NCBI GenBank assembly: GCA_021786845.1
Contig: JAJYMO010000031.1
Span: forward strand, 7,881-71,880
DNA: 64,000 bases
Source: Pseudomonadota bacterium
GTDB taxonomy: Bacteria > Pseudomonadota > Gammaproteobacteria > Burkholderiales > Sulfuriferulaceae
Direction of reading: 5' to 3'
A model generated the notes under the pieces. The model had not been told where the DNA came from. It was given only the letters and a program-made list of their open reading frames with translations, and ran no database searches. This document shows positions 59,836-64,000 of this stretch, piece after piece (positions within the stretch are counted from its first letter, which is position 1; every line of letters starts with the position of its first letter). The position numbers and the translations under genes are program-made.

Positions 59836-61931
59836 AAACTTACCTCTGACAGGCTGTGCTGAAATTTGCGTCGGGTTTCGCGGATGACAAAGGGTATATC
59901 AACGGGTGGTGCCATCAGCCGGAAATGGGTGCTTAAAATTGCTTTCAACCCATCCAGCCCCGTGACGTTTTCGCCATTGCGCTTGAAGCCGCCCAGCCAT
60001 TCTTCTCGTGGGGTATGGCTTGTTAGCCAGGTATAGGGTGAAGTGATCATCAGTACGCCGCCTGCATTGATGCGGCTGTGCACCTCACGCAAAAATAATT
60101 CGGGGCGATATAACCGGTCGATAAGGTTGGCCGCCAGTACCAAATCAAAATTGCGCAATGTGGTTTTTAAATTGCAGGCATCGCCCTGTAAAAAATGTAC
60201 TTTATGGCGTACCGCATCCAAACCCATGGCGGCTAATTCTCGCGTGGTGTAAGTGCGCAGATCGCCTTCTTCGACCAGACTGTAACGAATTTGGCCCGAT
60301 TGCGCAAGCATTGCACCCATTTGAATAAATCGTGCTGAAAAATCCACACCGGTGACATGGTCGAATGTGCGTGCTAACTCAAATGTGGCGCGCCCTACTG
60401 CACATCCCAAATCCAGCGCGGTGTGCATGGCTTTGCCCTGCATGGCCGAGATGGCCAGTTCAGCCAGGGTTTTTGGAAAATTCGCCACGTTATAGTAGCA
60501 AGCGCCATAATGAAATTCTGCATATTCCGCCAGCTGCTGATCACTTTCATAATACAGATCAGGGGGAGGGGGTGGTGCCTCGCCCACAACATAACGAAAA
60601 CCGGCATGCTGAAAAAAGTGCTTGCGAAAGGCATAACGCGCGGAACGTCGGGTTTCATTGCCTGTGGAAATCCAGGAACCCCCCTTGATGAGCATATGAT
60701 GTCCATCAAAGGTCGGAACAGTGAAGTCATCATAATGGGGGTGTACTTCGAAACCCGGAAACGGGTAAATTGGCGTGGCACACCATTGCCACACGTTGCC
60801 GACCACATCAAAACATTCGCCCTGAGCGAACTGTGTAACCGGACAAGCCGACGCCCAATAATCCAGATGCAAATTGGCATCTGTCCTGGCATCCGGCAGC
60901 AATTCTTTTCGATGGGCCGTATCGTACAAGCGATACCATTCGGCTTCAGTCGGCAGACGCACGGGTTGGCCAGTCATGGCGGCGTGCCATTGGCACCACG
61001 CGTGTGCTTCATGGTAATTGACTTCCGCAGGCCAATCCCAAGGCATGTCAATGAGGGAAGTCATCAGGCGCAGTTGCCAGGAGTGGTTTAATTTTAACCA
61101 GAATTCAGGATGTCGCACCTGAGTAAAGCACCGCCAGGCCCAGCCTTCCTCATCCCAGAATGTGGTGTTTTCATAGCCGCCAGCCTCAACAAATGCCAGA
61201 AACTGGGCATTGGAAACCAGATACTTACCGGCTTGAAAACCGGCTACGTCGACAATTTGCTCACCGTATTCATTGTCCCACCCGTATAGGGGGTCATTAC
61301 GTGGTTTGCCCATTTTTACCTGGCCTGCTGTCATGTTGACGAGGGCATGTTCAGGTGTCTGGTCTGTTAAAGGACAGGCAGGCCAGGCAGGATGAGGGTG
61401 TACCCATTCGATCCTTTGTTGCCGTATCAGGACGGATGAGGTTTCCAGGTGGATGCGTTCGTGCTCTATCGCCATTAAAATGGTCCACCAGGGGTGCGCC
61501 CAGTGTATGGGCAAGCTTAATGGGGTTTGAGCGATCAGGGTATCTACCGCCTTGCGCACCGCACTTCGGTAAGCTTTGACTTCTGCCACAGTGGGCCAGG
61601 TGTAATGGTTTTCATCCAGGTCATCCCAGCTCATTTCATCCACACCCACAGCAAACATTGCTTCATATTCCGGATGGATGCGCTGGCTAATCAAACCGGC
61701 AATCAATAGTTTATTGATGAAAAATGTGGCGGTGTGGCCAAAATAAAAAATAAGGGGATGGCGTAGCGGAATGGGTTTGTGAAAGTAGGCCTCATCACAA
61801 GTGAGTATTTCGAATAATTGTTCGTAGCGCGAAAAGGTCGCATTAAAATAGACGCGAATTTGTTGGCGTAGCGCGTCAACATTGTCGCCATCCAATTGCG
61901 GGGTTCTGGGAAAGAACTCAGTGATCATCAA
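59817..61931 (-). CDS. ovoA: 5-histidylcysteine sulfoxide synthase / mercaptohistidine methyltransferase OvoA
   Basis: three-domain layout: DinB-like N-terminus (HPLIFYFGHTATFFINKL); FGE-sulfatase-like middle (GNVWQWC, GGSW); C-terminal SAM methyltransferase (ALDLGCAVGRATFEL); 704 aa. Confidence 0.8.
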   Translation of the reverse strand: MMITEFFPRTPQLDGDNVDALRQQIRVYFNATFSRYEQLFEILTCDEAYFHKPIPLRHPLIFYFGHTATFFINKLLIAGLISQRIHPEYEAMFAVGVDEMSWDDLDENHYTWPTVAEVKAYRSAVRKAVDTLIAQTPLSLPIHWAHPWWTILMAIEHERIHLETSSVLIRQQRIEWVHPHPAWPACPLTDQTPEHALVNMTAGQVKMGKPRNDPLYGWDNEYGEQIVDVAGFQAGKYLVSNAQFLAFVEAGGYENTTFWDEEGWAWRCFTQVRHPEFWLKLNHSWQLRLMTSLIDMPWDWPAEVNYHEAHAWCQWHAAMTGQPVRLPTEAEWYRLYDTAHRKELLPDARTDANLHLDYWASACPVTQFAQGECFDVVGNVWQWCATPIYPFPGFEVHPHYDDFTVPTFDGHHMLIKGGSWISTGNETRRSARYAFRKHFFQHAGFRYVVGEAPPPPPDLYYESDQQLAEYAEFHYGACYYNVANFPKTLAELAISAMQGKAMHTALDLGCAVGRATFELARTFDHVTGVDFSARFIQMGAMLAQSGQIRYSLVEEGDLRTYTTRELAAMGLDAVRHKVHFLQGDACNLKTTLRNFDLVLAANLIDRLYRPELFLREVHSRINAGGVLMITSPYTWLTSHTPREEWLGGFKRNGENVTGLDGLKAILSTHFRLMAPPVDIPFVIRETRRKFQHSLSEVSLWERLS

Positions 61932-61951
61932 AAACGCTCCAACTTTGGGTT

Positions 61952-63115
61952 TTAATCGTCCATATACCGCGTCTGCCGCATCATTTTAAGCCATAATCTA
62001 ACTTGTTTAATGTCCTGGAAGACGGTTAATTCCTGTTTAATCAACTCTGCTCTTCGTTTCGTCAAGTTTATTTTCTCAGCCAGTTGACGTATCAGATTCC
62101 TGGGTGTGAGGAATGAATGGGCGTGGCTTTGCAATTGATCCATTGTGGTGTGTTGCCTGTGCAAGATTTCCGTTTCCAGTTCTTTCAGTTGTTCTCGCAA
62201 GATTTTGTTGTATTGTTTCAGGCGTTCATCCGTGAGTGCGTTGATTGTGGATTGATCAATGTGTTCAACCTGCAATTGTATTTCAAGCAGTTGCAGTAAA
62301 TTATTGCTGGAGTAGGCATCGTTGACGCGTTGCATCAACAGCGTTTTTTGCGCGCGGGATTGCTCATCCGTTTCTCGGTCAGGGTGCAGGATACTGGCTA
62401 ATTTGCGATAAATCTCACGTAACGACAGTTTCATTTCTGCGGCAGCTTTGGCTTCCTGGGCAAATTGCCGGGCAGATTTTTTTGACTCGGCGTACGAGGC
62501 GTATTCTGTGTTGCCATGCGCACCCTTCTCATCTTGTTCAGCGGCTTTTTGCCGCATCCAGCGGAGCATGTCCTCAGGGTTGTCGATGTGCGCGGCTTCA
62601 CTTAAATCAATGTCCAGGTCATCCTGTATCCTGGCTTTTAAGTCAGCCATGAACTCGGCTTCTTCTTCATCAAAGTCTGATCCACTGTGTTTTTTATAGA
62701 GGTCTTTCAGTTGCTCATCCTCACTGTCTTCAAGTAGCCGGGCACTGTGTTCGCAAATCAGCTCTCGCAGCTGGTCGCGCTCGTTTTGACTCAGTCCTTT
62801 CTGGTCAATGACACTGTCCATACAGAATAGCCATTCTACCCGCAAACGGTCTATTTTTTGATAAGCGGGAAGGAAATCCTTCTGCCATTTACGGTGAAAT
62901 TCGGGCAGAATGGTTTCCCATTCTGCAAGGCATTGTCTGTTTTGATTTATTTTTTGAATCAGTGTATTGAAAGTTTGTTGTGCTTTGCTCAGTGGGCGTA
63001 TGGATTGGTCGGCAGCGATGCGGACATCCGTTGTAACAGTTAGAGGCCTTTTGGGTGTCATGACAGGAATAAACTCAAACCAGATCGTGGAAGACAGGTC
63101 TGCGAACAGCACCAT
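61952..63115 (-). CDS. J-domain-containing protein (start uncertain: 63115 or 63061)
   Basis: central J-like segment LREIYRKLASILHPDRE...RVNDAY with the HPD motif; otherwise a charged coiled-coil. Confidence 0.6.
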   Translation of the reverse strand: MVLFADLSSTIWFEFIPVMTPKRPLTVTTDVRIAADQSIRPLSKAQQTFNTLIQKINQNRQCLAEWETILPEFHRKWQKDFLPAYQKIDRLRVEWLFCMDSVIDQKGLSQNERDQLRELICEHSARLLEDSEDEQLKDLYKKHSGSDFDEEEAEFMADLKARIQDDLDIDLSEAAHIDNPEDMLRWMRQKAAEQDEKGAHGNTEYASYAESKKSARQFAQEAKAAAEMKLSLREIYRKLASILHPDRETDEQSRAQKTLLMQRVNDAYSSNNLLQLLEIQLQVEHIDQSTINALTDERLKQYNKILREQLKELETEILHRQHTTMDQLQSHAHSFLTPRNLIRQLAEKINLTKRRAELIKQELTVFQDIKQVRLWLKMMRQTRYMDD

Positions 63116-63131
63116 TTTGGTGATGCGCTGA

Positions 63132-63962
63132 TCACCACTTCACCACATGGACGTCATTCAGGGAACGCCCCAGAAACCGTTCCCCGATGGTTTGAAATTT
63201 TACCGGCACATCGGTCACGTAATAATCGTAGTCAGGTTGATTCAGGCTGGGATTCAGCAAGCCTTGCGCAGCCAGTAATTCAGCGGTTTTTTGCGCCATG
63301 GCTTCTGCGGAATCCACCAGGCGCACGCCTTCTCCCATCACTGAATGCAGCAACGGTTTAATGAGGGGGTAGTGGGTGCAACCCAACACCAGCGTGTCTA
63401 CGCCTTCGGCAATCACCGGGCGCAGATACTCTTGCGCGGTGAGGCGTGTGACTTCATGTTCCAGCCAACCTTCTTCCACCAGGGGAACAAATAATGGGCA
63501 GGCTTGCGAATACACACGTGCACCGCGCAACTGGGCGTGTATCGCTCGCGCATAGGCGTTGCTGTTGACGGTGGCGGGTGTGCCGATGACACCAATCTGG
63601 GCTGAAATCGAGACTTGCACGGCGGCCTGAGCGCCGGCTTCAATCACATCCAGTACAGGCACTGGTGCTGCATCACGCACCGTTTGTGCGGCAACGGCGG
63701 CCATGGTATTGCAAGCAATGATGAGTATTTTAACGTTTTTTTCGAGCAGAAATTGAGCGATTTGCTGGGTGTAATGCGCGATGGTTTCCACGGACTTTAC
63801 GCCATAAGGTACGCGTGCTGTATCACCAAAATAAACGATGTGCTCAAATGGCAAGCGTTCCATGAGTGCTCGCACCACGGTTAAACCGCCGACACCGGAA
63901 TCGAAGACGCCTATTGCTGAGTGGGGGTCAGAGCGCATGGTTAAATTAACGTGCTCACCCAT
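63132..63962 (-). CDS. murI: glutamate racemase
   Basis: IGVFDSGVGGLTV, IIACNTM and GCTHYP motifs. Confidence 0.95.
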   Translation of the reverse strand: MGEHVNLTMRSDPHSAIGVFDSGVGGLTVVRALMERLPFEHIVYFGDTARVPYGVKSVETIAHYTQQIAQFLLEKNVKILIIACNTMAAVAAQTVRDAAPVPVLDVIEAGAQAAVQVSISAQIGVIGTPATVNSNAYARAIHAQLRGARVYSQACPLFVPLVEEGWLEHEVTRLTAQEYLRPVIAEGVDTLVLGCTHYPLIKPLLHSVMGEGVRLVDSAEAMAQKTAELLAAQGLLNPSLNQPDYDYYVTDVPVKFQTIGERFLGRSLNDVHVVKW

Positions 63963-64000
63963 AAGGCGAGAGGTGAAACAGTGAAAATACGCTTTGGTTC

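Overview
About 50% GC chromosomal window, probably betaproteobacterial. This is inferred from synteny only (fur-bamE-dapB, suhB-trmJ-cysE-iscRSUA-hscBA-fdx-iscX, miaA-recJ). Most of it is housekeeping: opgH, miaA, recJ, metG, acnA, prmB, dapE, fur, bamE, dapB, lysC, suhB, trmJ, cysE, the complete isc operon, nadC and murI. There are four non-routine areas. (1) 0-8.4 kb is an envelope/osmotic neighbourhood. opgH and an MscS-like channel are each preceded by a homologous ~240-bp upstream segment. Next comes a QseE/GlrK-QseG-GlrR-like kinase-lipoprotein-sigma54 regulator operon, a Gly/Met/Asp tandem-repeat lipoprotein and a Spy/CpxP-like protein. (2) 27-34 kb holds a molybdenum hydroxylase cluster (XdhC, MocA and 2Fe-2S, MoCo and FAD subunits). 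(3) 34-47 kb is a decayed, heavily colonised CDP-dideoxyhexose (yersiniose-like) cassette ending at tRNA-Ser(GCU). It contains a manC relic, a 123-bp MITE and rfbF-rfbG. An antitoxin follows, plus a PemK/MazF toxin domain fused in frame to rfbH. A vapBC module sits between ~165-bp duplications of the rfbH 3' end, followed by a TPP enzyme and a reductase. An MNT-HEPN pair follows, and its HEPN gene is split by an intact TnpB-only IS200/IS605-family element. The area ends with a duplicated gene fragment and an IS21-like end relic. (4) 58.6-61.9 kb is an ovoA plus C-S lyase (ovoB-like) ovothiol pair. No CRISPR array or rRNA was seen. All calls rest on reading the translations and DNA by eye; no database search was run.
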